Shown here: positions 1 to 9,849 of the stretch, piece after piece
How positions within the stretch are numbered: the first letter of the stretch is position 1
Layout of the letters: each line of letters starts with the position of its first letter
Assembly (NCBI GenBank): GCA_965215265.1
Contig: OZ244048.1
Span: 3,712,001 to 3,776,000 of the forward strand
Source of the DNA: Candidatus Poribacteria bacterium
Lineage (GTDB): Bacteria; Poribacteria; WGA-4E; WGA-3G
Direction: 5' to 3'
DNA: 64,000 nt
Position numbers and translations under genes: made by a program
The notes under the pieces: generated by a model
Seen by the model: only the letters and a program-made list of their open reading frames with translations
Database searches by the model: none
What the model was told of the DNA's origin: nothing

Positions 1-460
1 CGAGTGCATAGGCAGCATAGGTACGAACTTCTTCGAAAGGGTCACGGAGTGCTTGTATAAGCACCGGAAGCGCGTCTATCGCGGGGGTTCCCATACTGCT
101 AAACGCACGTATTGCATATTCGCGAACTTCTTCATCTATATCAGTCAAGGCCTCTGTGAGAGTTGGAATCGCAGGTGTTCCAATCCGGGACAGCGTAGAA
201 CTGATACAGAGCGCATGGTGTCGTTCAGCGGTTTCTAACGTTTCCATGAGCAGTGGAACCGCGGGTTTTCCAATGCTGGCTAAGATATCTGATACCTGGT
301 CCGAAACCTCCCACAAATTCTCTGCAAGTGCATCAATAAGTTCTGGAATTGCGGGTTCTCCAATGGCAGTAATTTCCGCTTTGGCGGCATCGCGAACGTC
401 GTCATCTATATCCGATAATTGCACGATTAAATCACTAACCGTGTAGTTGTCTTTATTCAT
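1..460 (-). CDS. HEAT/PBS-lyase repeat protein (partial, runs off window start)
   Basis: Not in the ORF track. Manual translation from ATG at 460 gives MNKDNYTVSDLIVQLSDIDDDVRDAAKAEITAIGEPAIPELIDAL...AIPTLTEALTDIDEEVREYAIRAF...ALPVLIQALRDPFEEVRTYAAYAL, with repeated 'AIP.L..AL.D....VR..A..AL' HEAT units. Confidence 0.85.
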   Translation of the reverse strand, partial: MNKDNYTVSDLIVQLSDIDDDVRDAAKAEITAIGEPAIPELIDALAENLWEVSDQVSDILASIGKPAVPLLMETLETAERHHALCISSTLSRIGTPAIPTLTEALTDIDEEVREYAIRAFSSMGTPAIDALPVLIQALRDPFEEVRTYAAYAL

Positions 461-490
461 TTTTCTTCGAAGATGGAAATGTTGCTGACG

Positions 491-1786
491 TTAATTATCT
501 ATACCTCTCTCTTTGTACTGTGTCAGGATTTCGGTGAGAGATTCCGTTTGTTCTCTACGGAGTCGCTGGTAGACGCGTTCCGAGATCTGTTCTTTCCCAT
601 GCATTTCATCAAGATGAGAGATGCACTCAAGCCTTGCGGTCCGGGCATGCTCCAAATCGGCATCGCTGAGTTTTCGGAGCCAGCCGATGTCAGACTTTAA
701 AACATCGGGTTGCGTTTCTGACTTGCCAGTGGTGCGGTTTGCATAGCGGAGTTTGAAAATCGCCGCAACCAAAAAACCACCACTCAATGCAGCAGCCACC
801 GCAATCAAGACCATTTGAGCCAAATTGGAACCCAAATTGGATGCACCTCCTATGGCGTCTATTTTCAATTTTAAGTTCCCCCGTTCTCCCGCTGAAAAAC
901 CTTCTCCCGGCTGAGTTTTGTAAATGTTATAAATCACATTGTGAATCGCTTCGCGTCGTTCAAGTCTAAATTGCTTTGCGATTGGACTTAAATTTAATCC
1001 CTCCGGGACAAAAATGTAGACGAGCTCTGTGTCAAAATGGAAGGCACGAGATAAATCAAGTCCAGATTCATCAACATGCAAAACGTAGGAGTAGCCAAAT
1101 TCTGTTATACCCGACGGTAATGGCTCGCTAAGCGTGAGCTGCTGCGTAGTCGTGTTCAACAACAGTTCATGCCCTGTGCGAGCCTCGAAGCCTTCATGCT
1201 GATTCGGGAGTCCAAGATGTAAACCAACAGACTGGTTGTCATGCCGGATTTGAAACGACAAATCGCTTCTGTTTTCAATTTGGAGTACCTCCATGAGGGA
1301 GACTGCTCCATCCGGCGCGTGTCCTTCAGGCGCAGGACCAATCACAAGGGTATGCACCTTAATCCGAATTTTTGTCCTATCATCAGTAACAGCACCGATG
1401 GAAATGTCGATTGAGAGATTTGGTACCCAACTGGACAAAACCAGGTCTTTTTCTGTATAGTCGCTACCTTCGTAGGTTGTCGCGACAGTGTAATGGACGG
1501 TCGGATCCAGAGCTAAGTTATCAAACCGGTAGTTTCCATTTTCATCTGTTGCGGTTTCTTGCTCTTCAACGCCATCGGTTTTATGAACGCGGAGGGTTAC
1601 GGGATGTGCTGCCAGGGGTTTGTCCTGTTTTTTGTCTGTCAACTGTCCATGAATTGAACCAACTTCTGCTTCAACAGAGGTGGTACTCCCCAAACAGATT
1701 AGAATCGTGAGTATCGTTACCCAGCAATGCCATTTAGCGAAAAAATTAGGGCTTTGTGTTCGGATTAAATCTAAGGTATTAAACAT
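491..1786 (-). CDS. Exported, membrane-anchored protein with N-terminal carboxypeptidase-regulatory-like (Ig/transthyretin-like) domain; accessory gene of the ccm operon
   Basis: 431-aa ORF with a hydrophobic N-terminal segment, 'GSIHGQLTDK...TATDENGNYRFDNL' motif and a C-terminal TM helix (MVLIAVAAALSGGFLVAAIF). Co-oriented directly downstream of the ccm genes. Confidence 0.7.
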   Translation of the reverse strand: MFNTLDLIRTQSPNFFAKWHCWVTILTILICLGSTTSVEAEVGSIHGQLTDKKQDKPLAAHPVTLRVHKTDGVEEQETATDENGNYRFDNLALDPTVHYTVATTYEGSDYTEKDLVLSSWVPNLSIDISIGAVTDDRTKIRIKVHTLVIGPAPEGHAPDGAVSLMEVLQIENRSDLSFQIRHDNQSVGLHLGLPNQHEGFEARTGHELLLNTTTQQLTLSEPLPSGITEFGYSYVLHVDESGLDLSRAFHFDTELVYIFVPEGLNLSPIAKQFRLERREAIHNVIYNIYKTQPGEGFSAGERGNLKLKIDAIGGASNLGSNLAQMVLIAVAAALSGGFLVAAIFKLRYANRTTGKSETQPDVLKSDIGWLRKLSDADLEHARTARLECISHLDEMHGKEQISERVYQRLRREQTESLTEILTQYKERGIDN

Positions 1787-1806
1787 ATTTATTGTTATTA
1801 ATAGGC

Positions 1807-2142
1807 TTACGAACGTTTTTCTTCTTTATATCTCTCAATTTCTGCTTCCACATCCGTTATAGCACTGTTTTCAAGTCGCTGGATGATCTGCGCTGTTTCT
1901 TGAAAAAGCGCGGTACGTAGTTCGTTGTAATCCGCTTTCGAGAGTTTCCCTGTTTCATAATCTTCATCGAGTTCTTCCAAGGCGGTGTCCAAGGCGGCGT
2001 AAATGTGCTGGCGTTCTTGATGAAGCACTGCCTTATCCGGATGGGTTTCAACGAAGTCTGTTGGCATTTTCGCGAAAATAGGATAGGCAAGATAGACGAG
2101 TAACGCAATGCCAAGAATTATCACCCATAAAAGAACCAACAT
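1807..2142 (-). CDS. CcmI/CycH N-terminal-like cytochrome c biogenesis accessory protein
   Basis: N-terminal TM helix followed by 'LEELDEDYETGKLSKADYNELR', the helical motif typical of CcmI N-termini. Lies directly after ccmH. Confidence 0.65.
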   Translation of the reverse strand: MLVLLWVIILGIALLVYLAYPIFAKMPTDFVETHPDKAVLHQERQHIYAALDTALEELDEDYETGKLSKADYNELRTALFQETAQIIQRLENSAITDVEAEIERYKEEKRS

Positions 2143-2209
2143 ACAAATTTCCTCTTAATCTAATAAACTTGACAGACCTGTTTTTTCCCCCAAGATAATC
2201 ACTAAAAAA

Positions 2210-2704
2210 CTAACGTTGCCTCTTGTATTTTTCCAATTCTGATTCAATCTGTTTAATAGTTTCATGAGATGGGGTGGAATCCGCTGTGTCCCCTTGATCA
2301 GCCGGTCGAGAATGTGTTGTTAGCTTTCGTAGAACGGCGAGGAAAATGCCGCCAATCAGAATAAGAATAACTGCCGGCATGATGTACGCGATTAGATTGA
2401 TGCCTTCTGCAGGCATCAGAGCATAATATTGGGGTCCGTGTTCATCAAGGTAATCTTCAATAATCTGTTCAACAGTCTCGCCTCCGCTCAATCGTTGTCG
2501 GAATTCATTTTCGATTGCTTGTCCCGTCCCACAGTCACAGATCTGGATTGTCATTTTTTCACATCCACAGTAACAATAAACACTTGTCTTCAATTCCTCG
2601 AGCTGGGCATCAAACTGTTTTTCAGCATCCTGTGTAGGCAGCTCGGCGACACCAGTGACGCTGAGCAGTAGGAAGAGAGAGATAACAGAAAATCGCGTTG
2701 TCAT
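2210..2704 (-). CDS. ccmH: Cytochrome c biogenesis protein CcmH-like
   Basis: Signal peptide, Cys cluster CYCGC...CDCG, 'GETVEQIIEDYLDEHG' (CcmH 'G.s.eeI..yf...YG' pattern) and a C-terminal TM helix. Lies downstream of ccmF. Confidence 0.75.
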   Translation of the reverse strand: MTTRFSVISLFLLLSVTGVAELPTQDAEKQFDAQLEELKTSVYCYCGCEKMTIQICDCGTGQAIENEFRQRLSGGETVEQIIEDYLDEHGPQYYALMPAEGINLIAYIMPAVILILIGGIFLAVLRKLTTHSRPADQGDTADSTPSHETIKQIESELEKYKRQR

Positions 2705-2765
2705 TTATTAGTCCTCATAACTGTGCATACAAGAAAAGAGCCGTAATTATGATAAGACGAGATTG

Positions 2766-4775
2766 CTACTCCTCTCTCGGTTTCGGTTGATGTTTCTCAG
2801 CAAAAGCGATAATACCGCCTAAAACCATCACAGCAACGCCAATCCAGACAATATTGATGAGTGGATTGTAATAGACTTGAACTGGGACAATACCGCCATT
2901 GCCGATATCCGGGGGCAGATCTCCGAGCGCGATATAGAGATCATTCATACCCAAATGGCGAACTGCGGACTCAATGGTGTCTGTTTCGCCTTGTCCGGTC
3001 TTATGATAGTAGTGGCGCGCCGGTATCATCTCGCCGATCGGTTTGCCGTTTTTTTCGACATCAAAAACAACGCCTGCCCGGGAATAGTTTTCTTGTTCCT
3101 CCTGAAACCAATTTCTCATAGTCAGGTCAAACGAACCGACCTTTAAGGAGTCGCCCATTTGCATGCCCGCGGATTCAAGGAGAAAGTAACCTTTAGAGCC
3201 CATAATTCCTATATAGAGAATAACGATGCCGATGTGGACAATATAGCCACCGTATCGCCGTTTATTTCGTCCAATGAGCAGTCTCAAGCCGCTAAAAAAG
3301 GAGGTCTCTTGTCGTTTAGCACGAAGCTTAGCACCGCGATAAAACTCGCTAAAAACGGCTGCAAGCACAAAAGCCCCGGCAAAACTACAGAGGACAGAGT
3401 AAACCGGCAGTGGGTTACCGCGCCAAGCAAGAAATCCCCATGTTAAACCACCAACTACCAAACCGAAGCCGATTGGGGAGACAAACATCCGCTGAAAATT
3501 AGTCGGAGTGAGTTTTTTCCATGAAATAATGGGACCCGCACCTGTCAAAAAGAGGAGCAGTAGACCGGGGATAATAACAACTTTATTGAAAAAAGCCTCC
3601 GGCACTGATGCTTTTTCGCCATTAATTGCCTCTGAGATGATAGGCCATAAAGTACCCCAGAGGATAATCAACGTCAGCCCGACGAACAGCCAATTGTTAA
3701 GAATAAAACTACTCTCGCGCGAGAGCAGGGATTCCAACTGGTTTGCACTTTTAAGTCTTTTCCAACGGTAGCCGATGAGGCCGATGACAATCGCCGTTGA
3801 GACAATTATGAAAGCGAGGAAGTACCAACCGATGTCCGATTGAGCGAATGCATGCACGGACGAAATAATCCCACTTCGGGTGATAAAGGTTCCCAACAGT
3901 GTAAACTGAAATGCTAACGTAATGAGAAGGATATTCCATAACTTGAGCATACTCCGCTTCTCTTGAATCATCACGGAGTGTAGATACGCCGTGCCGAGGA
4001 GCCACGGCATAAAAGAGGCATTTTCAACCGGATCCCATGCCCAATAGCCACCCCAACCGAGTTCTCTATACGCCCAATTGCCGCCAAGCGTTATTCCGAT
4101 TGTCAAGACAATCCATGAGAACAGCATCCACCTACGGGAACGGAGGATCCAATTGCTGCCGATGCGCCCAGAGGCGAGTGCGCCAACCGCGAACGCGAAC
4201 GGAACTGTCATCCCGATCCAACCGATATACAGAGTTGGCGGATGAAATGCCATGCTCGGTGTTTGGAGCAGTGGGTTCATGCCTTGCCCGTCTGGAGCTA
4301 CCTGCCCGCCCGGAAATCTTGCCAGCGGATTATACACACCCTCAATCAGGCCACTGACGAGAATGATGAAAAAAAGTTGGACAATTGCAACGGGAACAAG
4401 CGCGTAATCCGAGAGGTTGTCAGTGGCTTTCCGATTTTGCCAGACAACGATTGCTCCCGCAGCAGTGAGCAGCCAGAGCCAAAATAACAGTGAGCCAGAC
4501 ATTCTGCCCCACAGTGCAGTTACCTTATAGAGGAGTGGTTGGGCCCCACTTGAAACCTCAACCACATACTTCATTGAGAAATCGTCAGTCACAAATCCGT
4601 AGATGAGCGCGCCTGTCGCTGTACTAATAAGAATAAACGTCGCCACGATGGCATTGCGCCCGCTCCGGATGGCGTTGGCATTTCTCTCCGCTAATCCCAC
4701 GCAGAGTAAACCAATTGCCCATAGCCCAGAGAGAATGGAAAGATATATAGCCGCTTGTCCGATTTCGGCTGTCAT
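2766..4775 (-). CDS. ccmF: Heme lyase CcmF/NrfE
   Basis: WWD motif 'WAYRELGWGGYWAWDPVENASFMPW', 'GMNPLLQ...FHPP', 'GTFITRSG..SSVHAF' and many TM helices. Start placed at ATG 4775; the ORF track starts at TTG 4799. Confidence 0.97.
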   Translation of the reverse strand: MTAEIGQAAIYLSILSGLWAIGLLCVGLAERNANAIRSGRNAIVATFILISTATGALIYGFVTDDFSMKYVVEVSSGAQPLLYKVTALWGRMSGSLLFWLWLLTAAGAIVVWQNRKATDNLSDYALVPVAIVQLFFIILVSGLIEGVYNPLARFPGGQVAPDGQGMNPLLQTPSMAFHPPTLYIGWIGMTVPFAFAVGALASGRIGSNWILRSRRWMLFSWIVLTIGITLGGNWAYRELGWGGYWAWDPVENASFMPWLLGTAYLHSVMIQEKRSMLKLWNILLITLAFQFTLLGTFITRSGIISSVHAFAQSDIGWYFLAFIIVSTAIVIGLIGYRWKRLKSANQLESLLSRESSFILNNWLFVGLTLIILWGTLWPIISEAINGEKASVPEAFFNKVVIIPGLLLLFLTGAGPIISWKKLTPTNFQRMFVSPIGFGLVVGGLTWGFLAWRGNPLPVYSVLCSFAGAFVLAAVFSEFYRGAKLRAKRQETSFFSGLRLLIGRNKRRYGGYIVHIGIVILYIGIMGSKGYFLLESAGMQMGDSLKVGSFDLTMRNWFQEEQENYSRAGVVFDVEKNGKPIGEMIPARHYYHKTGQGETDTIESAVRHLGMNDLYIALGDLPPDIGNGGIVPVQVYYNPLINIVWIGVAVMVLGGIIAFAEKHQPKPREE

Positions 4776-4895
4776 AGGATAAGTTTTATGCCTCCTCAAT
4801 TTATCGTGGACGTTTTTTATTAGGTGCTACCTTCTCACAAGTACCGCAGGTTTAAAGGAATGGATTTTACCTAACAGTCAAGTGTTCTGGACGTT

Positions 4896-5336
4896 CTAGT
4901 CAGCTTTATAAGAAACGTCTGTATTTGTGTTACCCTCGGCTCCTTCGTATTTAGAAGCACACTTTGTCATCAACTTAGAAGCGACAATCACGTTCTGAGA
5001 AGCGTCGTATCTACCTTCCACAAACACGCTGCCGCCATCGGTAAAATTATCCGGTTTGAGCCGGTCTTTGTAAATGACGTTGACTGTGTCATCACTTTCC
5101 CGGTCACGTACGGCAAAGGTGAGTTCAAAATTGGCAGCATCCCATTTCGTACTCCCCTCTGAAATGAGACCGTCGACCTGAACCCGTTGATTGTTGAGTT
5201 TGTCGGCCTCGGCAACAAGTCCGGCGGGCGTAAAATGGCGCAGACTCGTGTGCCTAATGCCAGCAATGACTAAAAATACCATCGCCAAAAATAGCAGCAC
5301 ACTCGCTACACTAACCTTAATTCTTTGCTGTTTCAC
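4896..5336 (-). CDS. ccmE: Heme chaperone CcmE, CxxxY variant
   Basis: N-terminal TM, OB-fold pattern 'RVQVDG...KPDNF.DG..VFVEG' and 'KCASKY' in place of the HxxxY motif. GTG start at 5336 preceded by GAGGAGG. Confidence 0.92.
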   Translation of the reverse strand: MKQQRIKVSVASVLLFLAMVFLVIAGIRHTSLRHFTPAGLVAEADKLNNQRVQVDGLISEGSTKWDAANFELTFAVRDRESDDTVNVIYKDRLKPDNFTDGGSVFVEGRYDASQNVIVASKLMTKCASKYEGAEGNTNTDVSYKAD

Positions 5337-5584
5337 GTAAGCCTCCTCGATATCACAAGAATTTAGCACTGCAATTAATTATATCATTTATCTATAAAGA
5401 GATGCAAATTTTTTTTATCTCATTGTAGTAGCACGAGAAATTTTTGACGAAATTTACATAAGCTTTATCGCAGCATCAGGGCAGGGAGGATCCAAAACTA
5501 CAAAAAGTCGATTATCCTTGACTTAAAAGTGAATTTCAGTTTAAAATAAGGTTAAATTGAAAAAAGTCAGGGACTCAGAAAACC

Positions 5585-6526
5585 ATGAACCTAAATTGGC
5601 GGAAGCATCCATGGGCAGGCGTGTTTCCTGCAACGTTATGCCCTTTTCATGAAGACGAATCAATTGACGAAGACGGTTTGCGCAACTATATGCAGGAACT
5701 TGCCAACGTCGACGGGATAAAAGGCGTTGTATGTAATGGACATACCGGCGAAATTATGTCACTCCGCCCACACGAACGGCAGCAGGTCACACAAGTTACC
5801 GCTGAAGCCGTCGGGGACAAAGTGAAGGTGGTTTCAGGGGTGAGTGCCGAGGGGAGCCTTCCGGCGATCGACGATGCACTCGCAGCCAAAGAAGCCGGCG
5901 CGGATGCGATCTTGCTCATGCCCGCTCACCATTGGCTCCGTTTCGGACGAACATCTGAAACCGCTGTCGGCTTTTTTGCAGATGTCGCCGACGGGGCAGA
6001 CCTGCCGATCATTGTGCATCAATACCCAGCATGGACAAAAGCAGGCTATACTCTTGAAGAGATGTTAGAAATCGTCAAAATTCCGCAAGTTGTATGCATT
6101 AAGATGGGCACGCGGGACATGGCACGCTGGCGATGGGATTATGAACAATTAAAAATTGCCGCACCGCACATCCCTATCCTTACCTGTCATGATGAATATC
6201 TACTCGCTTCGTTGTTGGAAGGCAGTGACGGTGCCCTGATCGGGTTTGCAGGATTTGTTCCTGAACTGATGGTTGCCGTTGTGCATGCCGCGCTCAACGA
6301 CGATTTGCTCGGGGCACGTAAAGCACGCAAGGAGGTAGACGCTCTGGCACGAATCGTCTACAACTTCGGTGAACCTAGCAGCGACGCGCACCAACGTATG
6401 AAATGCGCGCGGTGGTTAATGGGTAGGTTTCCGTCTATGACGATGCGCCGCCCACTCCGTCAATTGTCTGTAGCAGAAGTTCAGAAGATTAGAACCGAAC
6501 TTGCCGCAATCGGTTATCTGAATTGA
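5585..6526 (+). CDS. Dihydrodipicolinate synthase/N-acetylneuraminate lyase family class I aldolase (probably not DapA)
   Basis: 'GVFPATLCPF...ID', 'NGHTGE' (canonical GTTGE), 'GADAILLMP', Schiff-base Lys in 'IKMG'. The substrate-binding motif deviates from DapA. Confidence 0.88.
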   Translation: MNLNWRKHPWAGVFPATLCPFHEDESIDEDGLRNYMQELANVDGIKGVVCNGHTGEIMSLRPHERQQVTQVTAEAVGDKVKVVSGVSAEGSLPAIDDALAAKEAGADAILLMPAHHWLRFGRTSETAVGFFADVADGADLPIIVHQYPAWTKAGYTLEEMLEIVKIPQVVCIKMGTRDMARWRWDYEQLKIAAPHIPILTCHDEYLLASLLEGSDGALIGFAGFVPELMVAVVHAALNDDLLGARKARKEVDALARIVYNFGEPSSDAHQRMKCARWLMGRFPSMTMRRPLRQLSVAEVQKIRTELAAIGYLN

Positions 6527-6644
6527 AGAATCACTGTAATTGCACTGATTAGTTATCGTATCAGTAATTCTAAAATCTACAATAATATATCGTAGACTTG
6601 ACAAGGAAATGCATCTAAATATTTTTTCTTCGTAGGAGAGAATC

Positions 6645-7580
6645 ATGAACAAAGAAGTTGTGGATGTTTGGGATGCTTTTCTGAATACGCTTAAAAACCG
6701 TGGACTAGCCGAGCTCAATTGGAAGATTGGTGCCGATGTTCGGGCACAATTAATCGGCTATTTCAAAGAGAAAATAGATGCTGGTGCTTCACTGCCGAAT
6801 CTATTGGATTACATCTATCGTTTTCCTAAAAAAAATGCAGTGGGAACTGCGTGAGTACGCCCAAAATAGACTAAAAACTAATCCGAACAACGGTGCAGCA
6901 GCAAAGTTTTTGGCGATAGATATGGCAGAAACCTATTCACCGGCCCCGGATGAAATGTGGCCGCTTTTAGAGACAGCAATGCGGTTCCTACCAAATGATA
7001 TTGATATCTGCTTTCTGGCGTTTGAAAAATCAGGTTTCGATTTCTTAAAAGAAAAAGCGGTCATTTCGCTTGAAAGGTTATTCGAGCGGCTTAACGGCAT
7101 GGCACACAAGCTCGCTATTGATTGGGTGTGGATGTGCTGTTATGATTATTTTCATGTCACGGCGAGACCTTGCGATTTTCATAAGCACTTTGAGAGCACT
7201 GACCCACTTTTGCCCCGGTGGGAGGCAGTGATGCGTAATATTCAAGTGGTTTTGGAAAAACAGTTGGAATCGACACCGCACGATTGGAATACTATAAGTA
7301 TGCTGCTTGAGCACCACGAGACATTAGGCAATTCTCAAGCGGGGCAATCTGTTTTGGAAAACGCGCAGATTGTTTTTGAGAAACGGTTGGAACGAGACGC
7401 AAACGATTGGGACGGTTTACACGGCTTAGCCAAAGTACATGAAAAATGGTGAAGAGTATTCCGGCACCCTTCTTGCTGGATCGCAATGGCAAGGTTATCT
7501 CCGTGAAAGCGAGAGGGCTTGAGTTTGAGGAATTAGTGGCGGCGGAATTTGATGCCAAAACCGAGTCCATTTCTTTGTAG
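6645..7580 (+). pseudogene. Disrupted TPR-like plus TlpA/redoxin protein
   Basis: ORFs 6645-6854 and 6778-7452 join if one A is removed from the A8 run at 6828-6835. After the TPR-like helices a second frame reads VKSIPAPFLLDRNGKVISVKARG...LVAAE (stop at 7580), which resembles the end of a TlpA thioredoxin fold. The CxxC-bearing part is missing. Confidence 0.7.
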
Positions 7581-7599
7581 TATCGATTCGGAGCAAGTT

Positions 7600-8808
7600 A
7601 TGTTGAAATATGCGTTAATCGGGCATGGACGGCGAGGGGCCGCGCATCTCGCAACGGCGGCAGCGTTAAAGGAGACCTTTGAAGTGGTTGCTGTGTGCGA
7701 TGCACACCGCGAATCCGCGGAATTGGGTGCCGCTAAACTCAATGTAAAAGCCTATACCGATGTACGGAGGCTCGTTGACGAAGCAGCACCGGATATCTGC
7801 GATGTCGTCGTGCCGGCACCGCTTCACCATATTGTCTCCTGCTATCTCTCTCGGTGTGGTATTTCCCATAACGTTGAGACACCGCTTGCTCCGACACTCG
7901 GTTTGATGGATATAATGATAGCAGAGGCCTCACAAAACAGCGTCATACTGCAAACATCGGAGAACTTTCCGTTTGTGCCTATTGAACAGTTTGTGTTGAA
8001 ACTCATTTGTGAGGGCATCATTGGGAAAGTCCACAAGTGTTACCGTCTTTTTTCAACAACCGGCTATCACGGCCTCGCAGCGATACGGTGCCGGATGGCG
8101 GCGGATCCTGTCGCTGTCAGCAGCATTGCGCATACGATGCCGGTAACCCCCTACGTCGATCGGGCAAAGCGCGACTTTCAGTCGGAAAATCTTGAGTTTT
8201 ATGCTGTTGATTTTGACAACGGTGGGCTCGGCATCGCCATGGTAGGCAATAAGAACGGGTGCCTCGGGCGCAATCATCTCGTCGGTTTTGAAACCTGCGG
8301 CGAGCGTGGCACAATTATCACCAATGGCAATCAGGGCACCTCTGGCGGTGAAACTGTCAACGTTTGTACGGATGAAGATATCGTGATGCATGCCGCGAGA
8401 GCGCAAACCTACGAATTTCAGAGAGAATATAGTGAAACGGGGGCGTTGCGGCGTATTTTTGTTGAACTGCCGACATCTTTAGGTGGAACCATCGAATGGC
8501 TGAATCCTTATAGGAATACAAATATAACGGAAGGCGGTGTCTCATTGGCGACGATGCTTGATGGCATCGCACACGCGGTACGCGAAAAAACGGCACCGCT
8601 TTGGACCGGCGAAATGGGTAGGGCTGATCAGGAGATGGTCATCGCTGCACACCGTTCGCGCCGGAACAATCGCCAACCGGTTCAACTCCCCCTTGAACCT
8701 GAACTCGTCGAAGAAGAAGCATTTGACAAGGATTTTGAAATGCGATTCGGTATTCACCCGCGCACAGATATTGAAAAGGCATTACAGGTTAATTTTAAGG
8801 CGCGCTAA
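7600..8808 (+). CDS. Gfo/Idh/MocA family oxidoreductase
   Basis: 'KYALIGHGRRG' Rossmann start, 'VVAVCD' and 'VETPLA' (EKP variant). ATG 7600 follows GGAG. Confidence 0.88.
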   Translation: MLKYALIGHGRRGAAHLATAAALKETFEVVAVCDAHRESAELGAAKLNVKAYTDVRRLVDEAAPDICDVVVPAPLHHIVSCYLSRCGISHNVETPLAPTLGLMDIMIAEASQNSVILQTSENFPFVPIEQFVLKLICEGIIGKVHKCYRLFSTTGYHGLAAIRCRMAADPVAVSSIAHTMPVTPYVDRAKRDFQSENLEFYAVDFDNGGLGIAMVGNKNGCLGRNHLVGFETCGERGTIITNGNQGTSGGETVNVCTDEDIVMHAARAQTYEFQREYSETGALRRIFVELPTSLGGTIEWLNPYRNTNITEGGVSLATMLDGIAHAVREKTAPLWTGEMGRADQEMVIAAHRSRRNNRQPVQLPLEPELVEEEAFDKDFEMRFGIHPRTDIEKALQVNFKAR

Positions 8809-8861
8809 AACGATAAACAAGGGTGCCACAACTAGGAAATCCGTTTCGTATAGGAGGTAGG

Positions 8862-9839
8862 ATGAAAGAAGTTAAAATTGCATTTATCGGGTGTGGCGGC
8901 AATGCGAACGGCCACATGAATCAGTTAGCAGGTATAGAAGGTGCACGCATCGTTGCCGTATGCGATGTGCAGCCCGAACGCGCGCACGCCGCTGCGGACA
9001 AACATAACGCGCACCCGTACACAGAACATCGCAAACTCCTTGAACGCGACGACTTGGATGCTGTCTACTTGAGTCTGCCTGTGTTCGCACACGGACAACC
9101 AGAATTGGATGTCATCGCACGCGAATTACCGTTCTTCGTTGAGAAACCCGTGGCCATTAACATGGAAATTGCACGTGAGGTTGAAGCCGCAGTCACAGAA
9201 GCGGGTATTATTACGTGTGTGGGTTATCAGCTCCGCTACCTCGCTTCAACACAGATAGTCCGTCAAATCATCGCAAATACACCTATTAACATGCTGGTCG
9301 GTAAGTATTGGTGCGGTACCGGACGGGGAGACCCCGGCACGTGGCTCCGCCAGATGAACCGATCCGGTGGCCAACTGGTTGAACAAGCAACTCACACAAT
9401 TGATATGATGCGCTATATGGCAGGCGAAGTGGAAACTGTATCCGCGATGCAAGCTACCCGCGTTTTGACTGACACGGATTGTCCCGATGTCAACAGTGTG
9501 ACGCTCCAATTTGCTAGCGGTGCCATCGGCTCATTGACGGCGACGTGGGCATACGATCCGGGCGACTGGTCGAATGCAAATATTCTTGATATTTTCTATG
9601 AAGCGAAGATGCTCCACTGGAGCCCGGCTGCTGCGACAGTGAAAGAAAATGGAGAATGGGTAGATAAAACAGAACCGAGTCCGACAATTGACTCAGTCTT
9701 CGTTGACGCAGTCAGGCGTGGTGATGGTTCAGCAATCCGCAGCCCTTATCGTGACGCTGTCAAAAGCCTTGCGATATCGCTTGGTGCGAACCGATCTGCG
9801 CAGGAAAAACGTCCGGTTTCCATAGCAGAAATTAGCTAA
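8862..9839 (+). CDS. Gfo/Idh/MocA family oxidoreductase
   Basis: 'KIAFIGCGG', 'FVEKPVA', 'VGYQLRY', 'SGGQLVEQATHTID'. ATG 8862 follows AGGAGGT. Confidence 0.93.
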   Translation: MKEVKIAFIGCGGNANGHMNQLAGIEGARIVAVCDVQPERAHAAADKHNAHPYTEHRKLLERDDLDAVYLSLPVFAHGQPELDVIARELPFFVEKPVAINMEIAREVEAAVTEAGIITCVGYQLRYLASTQIVRQIIANTPINMLVGKYWCGTGRGDPGTWLRQMNRSGGQLVEQATHTIDMMRYMAGEVETVSAMQATRVLTDTDCPDVNSVTLQFASGAIGSLTATWAYDPGDWSNANILDIFYEAKMLHWSPAAATVKENGEWVDKTEPSPTIDSVFVDAVRRGDGSAIRSPYRDAVKSLAISLGANRSAQEKRPVSIAEIS

Positions 9840-9849
9840 AAGGAGCATT

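Noticed and set aside
5585-6526. Assignment as dapA
   Set aside because: GHTGE replaces GTTGE, the region around the catalytic Tyr is atypical (HQYP), and there are no lysine-pathway neighbours.
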